Shown piece by piece: positions 48,362-59,636 of a DNA stretch of 64,000 nt. The DNA comes from a candidate division WOR-3 bacterium (GTDB lineage: Bacteria; Hydrothermota; Tepidihabitantia; Tepidihabitantales; Tepidihabitantaceae), in the NCBI GenBank assembly GCA_965648905.1, contig CBFGIT010000009.1, positions 1-64,000 on the forward strand, in the 5' to 3' direction. Position 1 is the stretch's first letter. Each line of letters opens with the position of its first letter. Below the pieces are notes generated by a model. The model did not search any database, was not told where the DNA came from, and worked only from the letters and a program-made list of their open reading frames with translations. Both the position numbers and the translations under genes were made by a program.

Positions 48362-48925
48362 CTAGCGGGGCCTCAGTTTCCGACCATGGGTCCAGGCGAG
48401 CACGAGGATATTGAGCAGGCACAGGACAACGGCCGGCGACTGGCGCAGCCGCAGCACGACATAAGCGAACAGCGCTGTCATTCCGAGAATCACGACCCAG
48501 GCGTCGTTTCTGATACGCAGCAGGAACTTCCCGACCAAGAATGCCGCACCGAGCAGGCAGGGCGCTTCCCAGAGCGTGATACCAGACCATACGCCAAAGG
48601 TCACGGCAATCGCCTTGCCCCCACGGAACTCAAGGAACGGTGAGAAGGCATGACCCAGCACCGGTGCAATGGCAACCGGTACCAAGGCCCAACTGCTGAC
48701 TTGGAGAAACCAGACCGCACAGGCGACCGGGACCGCACCTTTGAGAAAGTCGAACAGGAGCGCCGGGATGCCGATTGCTGGTCCGGCTGCCTTGAACGCG
48801 TTGACTGCACCGGGATTGCCGTCACCAACCTGCTGTATGTCCTTGCCGGCCAGGCGCGCAAGCCAGCAGGAGAACGGCAGTGCGCCGGAAACAAAGGACA
48901 CGAGAGTCAGGCCAGCCACGGTCAT
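48362..48925 (-). CDS. plsY: PlsY-family glycerol-3-phosphate acyltransferase
   Basis: GALPFS, DI...GDGNPGAVN, DFLKG, GHAFSPFLEFRGGKAIA. Confidence 0.8.
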   Translation of the reverse strand: MTVAGLTLVSFVSGALPFSCWLARLAGKDIQQVGDGNPGAVNAFKAAGPAIGIPALLFDFLKGAVPVACAVWFLQVSSWALVPVAIAPVLGHAFSPFLEFRGGKAIAVTFGVWSGITLWEAPCLLGAAFLVGKFLLRIRNDAWVVILGMTALFAYVVLRLRQSPAVVLCLLNILVLAWTHGRKLRPR

Positions 48926-49659
48926 GGTGGCAGCACAATCCTCTCTCGAAAAAGGGAATCGTCAAACCCGGAGTTCAACCTGTAGTTGGAGTACCGGTCT
49001 TCGATTTCGATGTGACGGTCGAGCATAGTGAGGATGACCTTGAACCTCAGGTCCAGCATCATCCTGAATCGCACCGGCAGCCAGACGTTCTGCACACGTT
49101 CGTAGTCCAGGGTCATGCCAATGTCGCGGACAACAAAGGGCACCCGGGCCGGTGCGAACTGCATGCCGACAATGTCGAAGCTGTCCTTGAGCACAAGCGC
49201 CCGGCCGCGCACATGGCGGCTGGACTTCTGCCGCGGCTCAAAACCCAGTACCCAAACCGGCATGTCGGGAAACGAGTCGGTTCCCAGAAGAGAGTACCGA
49301 TACTCGTCCTTGGTCTCAAGCATCAGGGGCATCCGTGTGTTGCCTGCCACCAGTCCCTTTGACCTGAGATCGTTCACCTCGCGCTCCAGTTGCCGGCCGA
49401 GAAGCTTGTGTCCATCAACTTTCACAGAAAGAATGTCGTGGCGCTGCCGTTCATAGCCTTTCATCGAGACGCGACGGAGGCAGTTCACCTGCCGCGAGCG
49501 GCCCTGCCGCAGGTCGGTCTCAGTGTAGCGGTAGTCAGCGTTATAGCTTATATCCCGGATGCGCTCGCTGAGCACCTGCTGACGGCAAGACACGGCCTGG
49601 CTGACCGATTCAGCAGTGACCGGCAACTGACCGCGGACCGCGCCGGCTAATAGCAACAT
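48922..49659 (-). CDS. Hypothetical exported beta-rich protein
   Basis: YRYSLLG.D...VWVLGFEP, LDY..V.NVWLP, YSNYRLNSG; stop overlaps plsY start (ATGA); true start may lie slightly upstream. Confidence 0.7.
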   Translation of the reverse strand: MLLLAGAVRGQLPVTAESVSQAVSCRQQVLSERIRDISYNADYRYTETDLRQGRSRQVNCLRRVSMKGYERQRHDILSVKVDGHKLLGRQLEREVNDLRSKGLVAGNTRMPLMLETKDEYRYSLLGTDSFPDMPVWVLGFEPRQKSSRHVRGRALVLKDSFDIVGMQFAPARVPFVVRDIGMTLDYERVQNVWLPVRFRMMLDLRFKVILTMLDRHIEIEDRYSNYRLNSGFDDSLFRERIVLPP

Positions 49660-49753
49660 GCTGAGCAGTCTGCGTGGTGTGTAGAACGTACTCCACTATG
49701 CACCAGGAAACTCCAGATGTCAACTGGGCCGTGATAGATGACGCAGAAGACGT

Positions 49754-49775
49754 CATGATAGTAATTACTATCATG
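49754..49775. promoter_or_regulatory. Perfect 22-bp AT-rich palindrome, candidate operator
   Basis: CATGATAGTAATTACTATCATG in a divergent intergenic region. Confidence 0.65.
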
Positions 49776-50197
49776 GGCGATGTGGGACGGCAGCGTGCTA
49801 ACTAACAATCAGTCAGTAAGTTATGCGGCTGGGACTTCGTCTACCTCCCCGGTCTCCCAAGCCGTATTGTCAGCCATGTTTCAATGAGCATGTGGCAGAG
49901 TGTTGCCCGGCGTAGCTCTGCATCTCTGTTGCGTGGCCGCACCTCAGGTCTAACCCTGAGCAGTGCCGCACGTAGTTTCACACGCAGCAGCTCCAGCCCA
50001 AACTAGAGCAGAAGCCTATGCTGTTCTGCCCGCAGTTGGGCGTGCACTCAGGTGTCCGTCTGCGTTGGCGGCAAACACGGCTGTTGTGGCGGTGCTGGTT
50101 GCGGCAAGGGCTGTCGCGATGTCGGCAGCGAAGGTCATGCGAAGTGACAGCAGCCGCACGCGCTTGACTCACCTTGCTCGATTCCTATACTAGCTCC

Positions 50198-51016
50198 GTG
50201 CCTGCTCCCACTCGGCCGGTTGGCTCGTCCCAGACGCCGGACGGCATGTGGCTGCGCTGCAACGGCTGCGGCGAGATTCTTTATCGCAAGACCCTCGAGT
50301 CGAACTCGTTTGTCTGTAACCGCTGTAACTACCACTTCCGAATCACGCCCGAGCGCTACATCAAGATACTGCTCGACAACGGCCAGTTGGGCGAGCTTGA
50401 CTCTGACCTCGCGCCGGCTGACCCGCTTGGTTTCCCGGACTATCCCAAGAAGCTGAAAGAGGCCCGGGAGAAACTCGGCCGTCCAGACGGGTTTGTCTAC
50501 GGCCGCGGTACGATTGGCGGCTGTCCGGTCGTTTTCGGTGCGATGGACTTCAACTTTATCGGCGGCAGCATGGGCTCGGTCGTGGGCGAGAAGGTGGCGC
50601 GCGCCATCCGCCTGGCCCGCACCGAGCGAAGGCCTCTGGTGATTGTCGCCACCTCGGGCGGTGCCCGCATGCACGAAGGTATCTTCTCACTCATGCAGAT
50701 GGCCAAGACCTCAGCCGAGCTCGGCCTATTGCGCCAGGCCCGGGTTCCTTTTATCTCTTTGCCGGTTGACCCGTGTACCGGCGGCGTATCGGCATCGTTT
50801 GCCATGCTCGGGGATATCAACATATCAGAACCGGGCGCACTCATCGGCTTTGCCGGACGCAGGACCATCGAGGGCACGATCGGCGAGAAGCTGCCTGAGG
50901 GGTTCCAGACCGCGGAGTTCTGCCTGAAGCACGGTGTGCTCGACCTGGTTGTCCACCGGCGCGACCTGCGCGACGCGATTATCAGGCTGCTCGCGCTGCT
51001 CTGGCCCTGGTCCTGA
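50198..51016 (+). CDS. accD: Acetyl-CoA carboxylase carboxyltransferase beta subunit
   Basis: W.RC..C...VC..C.YHF zinc finger, MDFNFIGGSMGSVVGEK, SGGARM.EG..SLMQMAK, GGVSASFAMLGD; GTG 50198 is 6 nt after TTGACT-16bp-TATACT. Confidence 0.95.
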   Translation: MPAPTRPVGSSQTPDGMWLRCNGCGEILYRKTLESNSFVCNRCNYHFRITPERYIKILLDNGQLGELDSDLAPADPLGFPDYPKKLKEAREKLGRPDGFVYGRGTIGGCPVVFGAMDFNFIGGSMGSVVGEKVARAIRLARTERRPLVIVATSGGARMHEGIFSLMQMAKTSAELGLLRQARVPFISLPVDPCTGGVSASFAMLGDINISEPGALIGFAGRRTIEGTIGEKLPEGFQTAEFCLKHGVLDLVVHRRDLRDAIIRLLALLWPWS

Positions 51017-51028
51017 CCGCATCCTGCC

Positions 51029-52096
<1,068 letters not shown>

Positions 52097-52145
52097 GCGT
52101 GCCGAAGAACGCCAGCCCGCGGCCTCAGCCGAAGTTCTACCTGTA

Positions 52146-52382
52146 GTGAACGACCAGCCCCGCAATATCATCCTGACCGGGCAGAATTCCCTGCGTGCCG
52201 ACGCCGCGAATTCGCTGGTTGCCCGGCCGGGCCGGTGTCTGTGCGTGTCGGCTGAAGACTTCGAAACCTGTCAGCGTCTGCTCAGCGCCTTCGAGCGGCT
52301 GGCCGAAGCCCAACGACCACAGCCGCGGCCGAGGCGGACCGGCCGCGTCATCCGGGTGAGAGCCGACGAGCGGCCAGCCTAG
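52146..52382 (+). CDS. Possible small hypothetical protein
   Basis: Fills the gap and ends 1 nt before ATG 52384; no motif; start uncertain. Confidence 0.3.
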   Translation: MNDQPRNIILTGQNSLRADAANSLVARPGRCLCVSAEDFETCQRLLSAFERLAEAQRPQPRPRRTGRVIRVRADERPA

Positions 52383-52383
52383 C

Positions 52384-52770
52384 ATGGAAGAACGCGTCAT
52401 TCAAGTATTCTGCGACATCTGCTCGCGCGGCGTGCTGGTCTGGCGCGAGTCGATGTACAAGTGCCCGGACTGCGGCAAGCAGGTCTGTTCGACCTGCTTT
52501 GACAGCGCTCATCGTCAGTGCATGGACTGCAGCCGCCCGAAGCGCGAGGCCGAGGAACTGAATCGCATCCTGGTTCGTCAGGCTGCTGAAGAGCAGGAAC
52601 GGGAAGCAGAGCGAATTCGTCGGGCCAATCGGCTCTGGATCGGCATCCTATCGGTTGTTGCCCTGGTTGCGGCCGCCAGTATCGTCACTTACTTCCTGCT
52701 GACCAGCAACTTTCGCCTGAGCGTGCCCGATATCGTGCCGAAGAAGTCGGCTGAGGTCGAGGCCCCCTAG
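52384..52770 (+). CDS. Zinc-finger membrane protein
   Basis: Four CxxC pairs (CDIC, CPDC, CSTC, CMDC), a charged coil and one C-terminal TM helix. Confidence 0.75.
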   Translation: MEERVIQVFCDICSRGVLVWRESMYKCPDCGKQVCSTCFDSAHRQCMDCSRPKREAEELNRILVRQAAEEQEREAERIRRANRLWIGILSVVALVAAASIVTYFLLTSNFRLSVPDIVPKKSAEVEAP

Positions 52771-53258
52771 GACCCGAAACCCGCGCGCCCGCCGACCCGG
52801 ACAAGAAACGTCAGGTACGAGCCGAACGCGGTCATCAGCACCTGTATTGCCGGGCCGGTGAACACCATGAGCATGAGCCAGCCCACCAGGCTCCAGCGGG
52901 TATCGTAGAGATTGAGCGGCAGGCCCAGGCTGCCTGGATTGACGCGCGGATTGAGTAGAATCGGCACGAGCCTAGCCCAGATTATGGCCATCAGGACCAT
53001 GGTCACAGCCGAGGTCAGGAACGCATAGCGCAGCGCCCGTTTCATTGCGCCCTGGACACTGGGAGCAAAGAACTCGGCCCGGCGGGCAGAAAACCACCCA
53101 ACCCCGAACCCGAACACGATGCAGAAGACCGGTGTGCCCAACCCGAGCCCGGCAAGCAGCAGGTCCATAACGATGTAGGCAATGAACGCACCGGCCCAGT
53201 GCTGGCCGAACGTCTTTGCCAAGCTGACCGTGGGCGGGTACGGACGTATCATCCGCAT
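52767..53258 (-). CDS. Hypothetical membrane protein (about 4 TM)
   Basis: Hydrophobic segments; TTGCGC-17bp-TAGTAT lies 6 nt before the ATG. Confidence 0.7.
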   Translation of the reverse strand: MRMIRPYPPTVSLAKTFGQHWAGAFIAYIVMDLLLAGLGLGTPVFCIVFGFGVGWFSARRAEFFAPSVQGAMKRALRYAFLTSAVTMVLMAIIWARLVPILLNPRVNPGSLGLPLNLYDTRWSLVGWLMLMVFTGPAIQVLMTAFGSYLTFLVRVGGRAGFGS

Positions 53259-53354
53259 ACCCAGATACTAGCCGGGCCAGCCCGGCTGCGCAACAAACTC
53301 CTGACCTGGTGCCGGTCCGGTCGAATCGCGCGCGAAGACTAGAAGGGCGACTGA

Positions 53355-54668
53355 CTAATGCGCTACGACCACCTTCTGTTTAAGCACACCTTCTTTGGTC
53401 TGGGCACGCAGGACGTACGTCCCGGCTGCCAGACCGGCCAGTCTTACCTCACCGGAAACCAGGCCACTCCACACGGTCTTGCCCAGAACATCGAATACTT
53501 CCACCCGTGCCTCGTTGCTGCCCGAGAGCCGGACACGGAACGTGCCGCGGTTCAGGCTGGGCGCGACCGCGAGCTGCGCTGACCGGACCTTCTGTTCGGC
53601 GACTCCGACCGGACTGAGATAGTACTCGCTGACCCGCAGGCAATTGGTGTCAGAATTCTGGCGACCGCCAAACACCCAGATGCCAGGCACGCCTGTACCG
53701 CCAGCCTCAGCCGGAATGTAGACGCCGGCGTGGTTGCGCCGCCGCTGGTTCAGTTGTGGGAACTGGGCCCACGAGTCGCGTGCCACGTCGTAGATGTAGC
53801 AGTGGGCCGACTCACTCGACCAGGTTCCCCGGCCCGCGATGATCACCTTGCCGGCGAACTCGCCCGGGTAGTCGCTGTCAAACCCAAACCCGCGCGACTC
53901 GCCGTTCGCCCCAGGCATACTGGCAACCGTGGTCCAGCCTGCGGCAGTATCCGCCAGGTTCAGGCGGAAACACTGGGCCTTGGCGGTAAGGGCGCTCGCC
54001 GAATATGTGTCGCCACCGCAGGCAAACAGGAACGAATCAACGATAGCAAGGATGGGATAGGCACGAGCCAGCGGCATGTCCGCCAGTCTGGACCAGCGTG
54101 AGCCGGCTGGAGCCAGTGGGTCAAAGCTCCAGACTTCCCGGGTCGTGACGCTTGAGACCTGGCTGAATCCGCCCATTGCGAATATCAGGTTCCGGAAAAC
54201 GATTGAGGACTGCGCCACGGTAATCTGACCGCCAGAGCGGCCGGGAAACGGGTCGGTCGGCAGCGTTATCGCAGTATTGCTTATCGGATAGTAGACCTGA
54301 AGCGAGTCGGTGTAGTTAGGCGATATGTCGTACCGGCCGCCAACGACGTAGAGCCCGAATGTATCGCCGACCGGCAGGTTGTGGTCGTCCTCAAGCAGAC
54401 AGACATCGTAGTTAGACACGGCCCGAGCCATCGTAACGCCGACGTCGGCATACGTGCCGGTCGCGGGCGTGTAGCTGTAGATGTTGCCGAGGGTTGTTGA
54501 ATTACCGATGCGGCCGCCGAGGAAATAGACCTTGGCGGTCGGTGGAAAGTACTCCCCGTCAAAACGGGTGTAGCCGAACGGGGACTGGGGACCGGTCACC
54601 CATGCCTGTCCGGCCGCGATGCCGACCAGCAAGAAAATGCTGGCCAGCGCGAACACGGTGCTGCGCAC
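53355..54668 (-). CDS. Secreted Kelch-repeat protein with T9SS-type CTD
   Basis: GTG start with AAGGAGGA SD; signal peptide; YFLGG/FAMGG/WVFGG Kelch motifs; VGVAE..VFDVLGK..LAAGTYVL CTD. Confidence 0.88.
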   Translation of the reverse strand: MRSTVFALASIFLLVGIAAGQAWVTGPQSPFGYTRFDGEYFPPTAKVYFLGGRIGNSTTLGNIYSYTPATGTYADVGVTMARAVSNYDVCLLEDDHNLPVGDTFGLYVVGGRYDISPNYTDSLQVYYPISNTAITLPTDPFPGRSGGQITVAQSSIVFRNLIFAMGGFSQVSSVTTREVWSFDPLAPAGSRWSRLADMPLARAYPILAIVDSFLFACGGDTYSASALTAKAQCFRLNLADTAAGWTTVASMPGANGESRGFGFDSDYPGEFAGKVIIAGRGTWSSESAHCYIYDVARDSWAQFPQLNQRRRNHAGVYIPAEAGGTGVPGIWVFGGRQNSDTNCLRVSEYYLSPVGVAEQKVRSAQLAVAPSLNRGTFRVRLSGSNEARVEVFDVLGKTVWSGLVSGEVRLAGLAAGTYVLRAQTKEGVLKQKVVVAH

Positions 54669-54798
54669 GTCATCCTCCTTGGTTGTTTCTGCCCGCACAG
54701 TACAGTTCGCGGGCCGGCGCGGTTGACCAAGAGTCGGGCCCGAGAAAGCCCTGTGCGCGGCATCTAGTTCTACCCGGCGCAGGCCAGTTTGTCAAGCC

Positions 54799-54831
54799 AA
54801 AAAAAGTACGACCCGGACGTGCGGGTCTTAC
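54799..54831 (-). terminator. Rho-independent terminator after the large CARDB protein gene
   Basis: Minus strand GUA-A-GACCCG/CACGUC/CGGGUC-G-UAC followed by U7. Confidence 0.7.
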
Positions 54832-54842
54832 GAACGGTCTAT

Positions 54843-57800
54843 CTAAGGATGAAGGGTGTCGGCGTTCTGAGTTCTGAGTTCGACGATAACCTTACTCGCC
54901 CGGCCGCCCTGCTCTGCCCTGAAGAAGTAGACGCCCGGGTTCAGCCTGTCGCCCGCGGTCATCACCCTCCGACCCATGACGTCAAAGACTGCGGTCCTGA
55001 CCGGCGGAACCGAAGTCCGCGTGAATACGGCGGACAGGCCTGATGGCTCCGCTCTGGTCAGATTCCGCTCTGGGACTGCATCAGAACCGGGATTCCCGGG
55101 CCTGATACTCTTGTTCGCAAGACCGCCCGCGTCAAAGCACCAGAACTCGCTGCTGCCCCCACCCTTCAACGCATACACCCGGTTGCCGAGACAGGCAAGC
55201 GAACCGCCGTCGTGGACTCGCTTTCGGCTGTTGCTTGCCGGAATGTCCTCAAGCTGAATCCATGTATCGCGAGCAACCTCATAGCGCCAGAACTCACTGG
55301 TTCGACCGCCCTTGAACGCGTAGATTCCACCGGTGGCGTCCGCGGCCAGCGCTGCACCCTTGCGGCAGCGCGTCAGCCGTCCGCCACTGCCTGACAGGAG
55401 TAGCGGATGGCGCGCCAGCCACGAGTCGCCGCCTGCGACGTACTCATAGAACTCATCGGTTCCGCCCTTGATGCAGAACATCCTGCTGCCCGAGGCAGCA
55501 AGACCAGTGCCGTGTCGCGCCTTGCGGTCCCAGGGCCCGGGTGGCAGGAACCGACGCGCATGCCATTGCTTGGTGACAATCTCATAGACCAGGAAGTCGA
55601 GCGTACCGCTTGCCTTGACCATGTAGACCCTGTCGCCCTTGCGGTCGGGCCAGAAGACTAGCCCGGTGCCGTGCCTGGGCTTCGGCGTATGCTCAGGAAG
55701 CGACACCATCTCCTGCCAGGAATCTCCGGCAATATCGTAGCAGTAAAACTCACGAGTCTTGCTCCCTTTCAGCGCATACACCCGGTTGACTCCATCCCAG
55801 CAGAGCGCCGACCCACCCCAGACGCGACGACGCGAGGGCCCGCGCGGCATGTCCGCGCATCGGTGCCAGGACGAATCAGCCGGGCCGTAACTGAACCACT
55901 CGGCCGAGCCGCCTCCCTTCAACGCCATCACCCGGTCCGCAACCGAAACCAGCCGTGCTCCGGCTCGCGGTTTTCGCCCCTGTTCGCCGGCCGGCACCGG
56001 AGCAAGCTCAATCCAGCGTCGGCTTGCGAGCGATTCGACCGTCACAACCAGACTAAGAGTGTCATTGGTCGGATTTTCATCATCAACCAGGAACGCCCGC
56101 GCACCCAGCAGAAACATCCCTGCCGCGGCATTCCACTGGCGCAGCGTCACGACAGTGCTGCACATCGGTTCAAGCGCCGGCGCGAGCACGGAATCAGCGT
56201 ACACAACGGTCGAGTCCGAACGTCTGACCACGACCCTGACCGGAATCTGTGCCGCCTCCTCACCCAGATTCGCGACCCGCACCTGTGGACTTACCCAGCC
56301 CGCCTGAATCACGCTGCGCGGAGACACGATTGCCCGGACTGCGGCGTCAGTCCGGGATACGACAAACGATGCACGCGCCGTGTCGTTCTCGTGGCGCATG
56401 TCACCGGCGAGCACAACCCAGCACTGCTCATCATACCTGCCGCCTACCGCCTCCCACACACGGAACGTAACTGACCTGGTCTGCCCGGGCTCAAGCTCAA
56501 CCTCCTCGGAGTCAACGTATACCCTGGCGTCGCATCCGCTCATGGAGACCTCAAACCACACCCAAGCACTGTCCTTCACATTGCCAGGATTCGCCACTTC
56601 TGCGAGCGGCTCAATCCTGCCCCGACCGATAACCTCCAGCGGTGCCAGTATCCTTGTCACCGCACCATCGCACACGCTGACAAACACCGACTCCCGCTGG
56701 CAGTCATTCCCCGGATTCCGGTCGCCCTCAACCAGAGTCGAACACGACACAGACTGGACACCACGCACAAGCAAGGTGCAGCAGGCAAACACAACCGCGA
56801 CGCTCTCCCCCGAGGCTAACATCGGGACCTCAACCGTATCATCGTAGAACGTACCGACTCTGAATCGGACTCGGAAGGTCTCAGGTCCGCTGCCCAGATT
56901 CACAGCCATCGCGCACGGCAGACCGACACTACCCGAATCCAGGACCCCGGTCGGCCAGCCGATAGACACTACCCCAACATCGGTACGGACCACGCGAAAA
57001 CTCCGGCGCCGCGCGTTGTTCTCAAGATGCATGTCGCCTTCGAGCACAAGCGAGCAGCAGGAGCTAAACCGACCAACTGTCGTGGGCCACGGCCGGAAAC
57101 CAAGCACCGTATCCTGTCCGGGCCCTAGCTCCGTGCGCAGCGAATCAAAGTAGACCCGTGACTCACCTGCAATCCAGAACTGCGCCTCCACACGGGCCGG
57201 AACATTGCCACGATTCCGCACCTGAGCACTGGGCCGGACTGAATCTGTCCGCACAACCGAGTCCGGTTCCAGAATCGAATCAACGCACACGTCGGCAAGA
57301 CGCACGAACGCACTGCCGACCCAGACGTCGTTGCGAACGTTCATATCCTCGGCGGTGTAGACAGAGCATCTGACTGCGTTCCAGCCCGGCGGTCCGGCAG
57401 ACCACGGTGCGAACTGGAGCAGAGTGTCATGGCCCGGCTCAAGTCCTAGGACCCGCAGTGAGTCGCAATAGTCCGCAACACGCAGCCAGACATCAACGTT
57501 TGCAGTCCGACTGCCGTGGTTCTGGATAGCAGCCTCGGGGATGACAACGAATCCGGAATCCAAAGTGTCTCGCGGAGCCACAATTGACTCAGCCGCCACG
57601 TCTATCCAGTACAACTCGAACGACGACGATGCAGTATCGTCCTCAGGATGCATGTCACCCGGGCAGGCGACCGAACATCGCGCCTTGTAGCAGCCGGGAG
57701 CACCAAGCCAGGCCCTGAATGTCACGGTCACGCTCGATTCCGGGAGCAGCGACACAAAGATGCTGTCCCGGTACACGGTCGCTGAGTCAGACTCGATGGT

Positions 57801-59372
57801 CAGGGTCGCCTTTGTCGTGCATCGAGCATTCCCCCTATTGCTTAGCACAACCCTCGGCCTTACCGTATCCCAGAGCATCAAGCCGGACGGTTCGAGAATA
57901 GTGTCAACAGCAGCGTCCCGTATGCAGACCAAGAAAGAATCCCTCAGCACATCGTTTTCCGGCCACTCGTCCTGAGCCACGCTGGTCGAACACGAGACAG
58001 CGTGCCAGCCCGGCTCGCAGGCAATCCAGGGGTCAAAGCGAACCTCGGTCTGCTGACTCGGCTCGAGCTCAGCCAGTATTCGCGTCTGCACGGCACTGTC
58101 AATCCTCAACTGCACAACCACATCGTGCTCAGTCCACATACCGCAGTTCGCCACTCGGACGACTGGTTCAATTACCGAGCCCGAATCAATCGAACCCGCC
58201 GGTTGCACGATTCTGATCACGCCGACATCGTGCAGTCGTTCGTAGCGACGGAGACGGACCGCAGGATGTTGGCCGTAGGGGTCTTCAGTCCATGCCACCT
58301 GCACCCTGCCCGAACCAGAAGACACTGAGACGCGCCCCTTGTCCCGAGTGCCCACCGAGACCATCGTCTCCGGCTTCCAGATGTTGCCCCGAACTCGACA
58401 GCGGTAGAACAACTGGCGTTGCTGCGACACCGGTTCGTCCCCAGCCCACGCCACGTGAACGTCACCGGCTTCGTCCACAGCGACAGCCGGAGATACCCGC
58501 GGGCGGTAACGCGGTGCGACGCGGGTGGTCTCACCCCAGCCTGCCTCAGTCAACTCGCGGTGAAGAACCCACTGCCCGGATGACGACAACCCACCTACCC
58601 AGACAACGTTAAAAGAACCATTCGGCCCCGATGCCACGCATGGGCTGCTGCACTCGGTGCGGTTGTACACGGTGTCAACGCGTTGCCAGATGCCGAGTCT
58701 TCGCGTCCGCGCCAGTATGCACGACGACGGGATTGACTGCTGCCACACGACCATCACGTCCCCGTCCGGACTTGCGGCAACAGCCGGCCGAGTCAGGTTG
58801 CCATCAGCTTGAGCGAACGACGTATCGTTCAGCCACCTCGCGCCGTCATGCTGGATGTAGCGTACCTGATGGAATGATTGCGGTTGGTACTGCCACACAA
58901 GGTGCACCAAGCCAGCCCGGTCAACCGACATCGAAAGAAGACTCTCCGCGGATACACCGCGGAGACTGTCAACTTCAAACCACAGACCCGAACTCGGACT
59001 CCGGCGGCACAGCTTCAACATGCGGGGTGTCTTGAGAAACCGCGCAACAAGCAGTTCGCCGCCTGAATCCAGAGCAAGCACGGGGTCCATCGTGCCGCGC
59101 GGGTCGGGAAAGAGCACCGTGTCCTCGGACCACTGCCTGGTCACTGCGTCGAAGCGTGAATACCACAACTGGGCAACGCCATCGACGCTGCCCCGCCAGA
59201 CGACGTGAATGTTACCGGCAGCGTCCGCCACTACCGCACGGGCGTTGTTCTCGCAGGTGAGGTCGTGGTCATTCGGTCGGTTGGTAACAGTATCAATCGG
59301 CAGCCAGCCAGCCGCAACCGGCCGGGCCCATGCCAGCAACAGCACCACCAAGAGAAGGAGGAAAGGTCGCAC
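54843..59372 (-). CDS. Large secreted protein: N-terminal propeller repeats, about seven CARDB-like Ig repeats, Kelch propeller, CTD
   Basis: GTG 59372 with GGAGGAG SD and signal peptide; D..G.VHV.W repeats; DVGV..I..P..V.N.G..D..P.ND repeats; ALKGG..EF Kelch repeats; FDVMGR..LNPGVYF CTD. Confidence 0.87.
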   Translation of the reverse strand: MRPFLLLLVVLLLAWARPVAAGWLPIDTVTNRPNDHDLTCENNARAVVADAAGNIHVVWRGSVDGVAQLWYSRFDAVTRQWSEDTVLFPDPRGTMDPVLALDSGGELLVARFLKTPRMLKLCRRSPSSGLWFEVDSLRGVSAESLLSMSVDRAGLVHLVWQYQPQSFHQVRYIQHDGARWLNDTSFAQADGNLTRPAVAASPDGDVMVVWQQSIPSSCILARTRRLGIWQRVDTVYNRTECSSPCVASGPNGSFNVVWVGGLSSSGQWVLHRELTEAGWGETTRVAPRYRPRVSPAVAVDEAGDVHVAWAGDEPVSQQRQLFYRCRVRGNIWKPETMVSVGTRDKGRVSVSSGSGRVQVAWTEDPYGQHPAVRLRRYERLHDVGVIRIVQPAGSIDSGSVIEPVVRVANCGMWTEHDVVVQLRIDSAVQTRILAELEPSQQTEVRFDPWIACEPGWHAVSCSTSVAQDEWPENDVLRDSFLVCIRDAAVDTILEPSGLMLWDTVRPRVVLSNRGNARCTTKATLTIESDSATVYRDSIFVSLLPESSVTVTFRAWLGAPGCYKARCSVACPGDMHPEDDTASSSFELYWIDVAAESIVAPRDTLDSGFVVIPEAAIQNHGSRTANVDVWLRVADYCDSLRVLGLEPGHDTLLQFAPWSAGPPGWNAVRCSVYTAEDMNVRNDVWVGSAFVRLADVCVDSILEPDSVVRTDSVRPSAQVRNRGNVPARVEAQFWIAGESRVYFDSLRTELGPGQDTVLGFRPWPTTVGRFSSCCSLVLEGDMHLENNARRRSFRVVRTDVGVVSIGWPTGVLDSGSVGLPCAMAVNLGSGPETFRVRFRVGTFYDDTVEVPMLASGESVAVVFACCTLLVRGVQSVSCSTLVEGDRNPGNDCQRESVFVSVCDGAVTRILAPLEVIGRGRIEPLAEVANPGNVKDSAWVWFEVSMSGCDARVYVDSEEVELEPGQTRSVTFRVWEAVGGRYDEQCWVVLAGDMRHENDTARASFVVSRTDAAVRAIVSPRSVIQAGWVSPQVRVANLGEEAAQIPVRVVVRRSDSTVVYADSVLAPALEPMCSTVVTLRQWNAAAGMFLLGARAFLVDDENPTNDTLSLVVTVESLASRRWIELAPVPAGEQGRKPRAGARLVSVADRVMALKGGGSAEWFSYGPADSSWHRCADMPRGPSRRRVWGGSALCWDGVNRVYALKGSKTREFYCYDIAGDSWQEMVSLPEHTPKPRHGTGLVFWPDRKGDRVYMVKASGTLDFLVYEIVTKQWHARRFLPPGPWDRKARHGTGLAASGSRMFCIKGGTDEFYEYVAGGDSWLARHPLLLSGSGGRLTRCRKGAALAADATGGIYAFKGGRTSEFWRYEVARDTWIQLEDIPASNSRKRVHDGGSLACLGNRVYALKGGGSSEFWCFDAGGLANKSIRPGNPGSDAVPERNLTRAEPSGLSAVFTRTSVPPVRTAVFDVMGRRVMTAGDRLNPGVYFFRAEQGGRASKVIVELRTQNADTLHP

Positions 59373-59636
59373 GGCATGTGACTCCTCCGTCCTCAGGTCT
59401 GCGGCCACATGGTCCGGCCGAGGCGGCTCCATCCGTCGCAGTCCTGTTGACTGGTTTGTGACGGCGCTGACTCCGGACACAGCAGCATGATGACGCAATA
59501 CGCCGCTGGTGTCAAGGGAAGAATCGGACGGCATCGCTGCCAGCCAACGCAACCGACGCTGACCGCAAGAAGAGAGCCGACCCGGACTCGGCCGGGTCGG
59601 CCCTTGACATGCTCTCACAAGAGAGCTGGAGCGCGG

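Noticed and set aside
49930..49970. c-di-GMP-I-like fragment GGCCGCA..CCTCAGGTCTAA
   Set aside because: Missing GCAAA, the GNRA-capped first stem and the receptor.
59373..59618. 82-aa N-terminal extension of the 1591-aa ORF and a possible structured leader
   Set aside because: The signal peptide and SD place the start at 59372 and a TTGACA-17bp-CATCAT box lies inside the extension; the leader hairpin (59433-59464) is too weak to claim.
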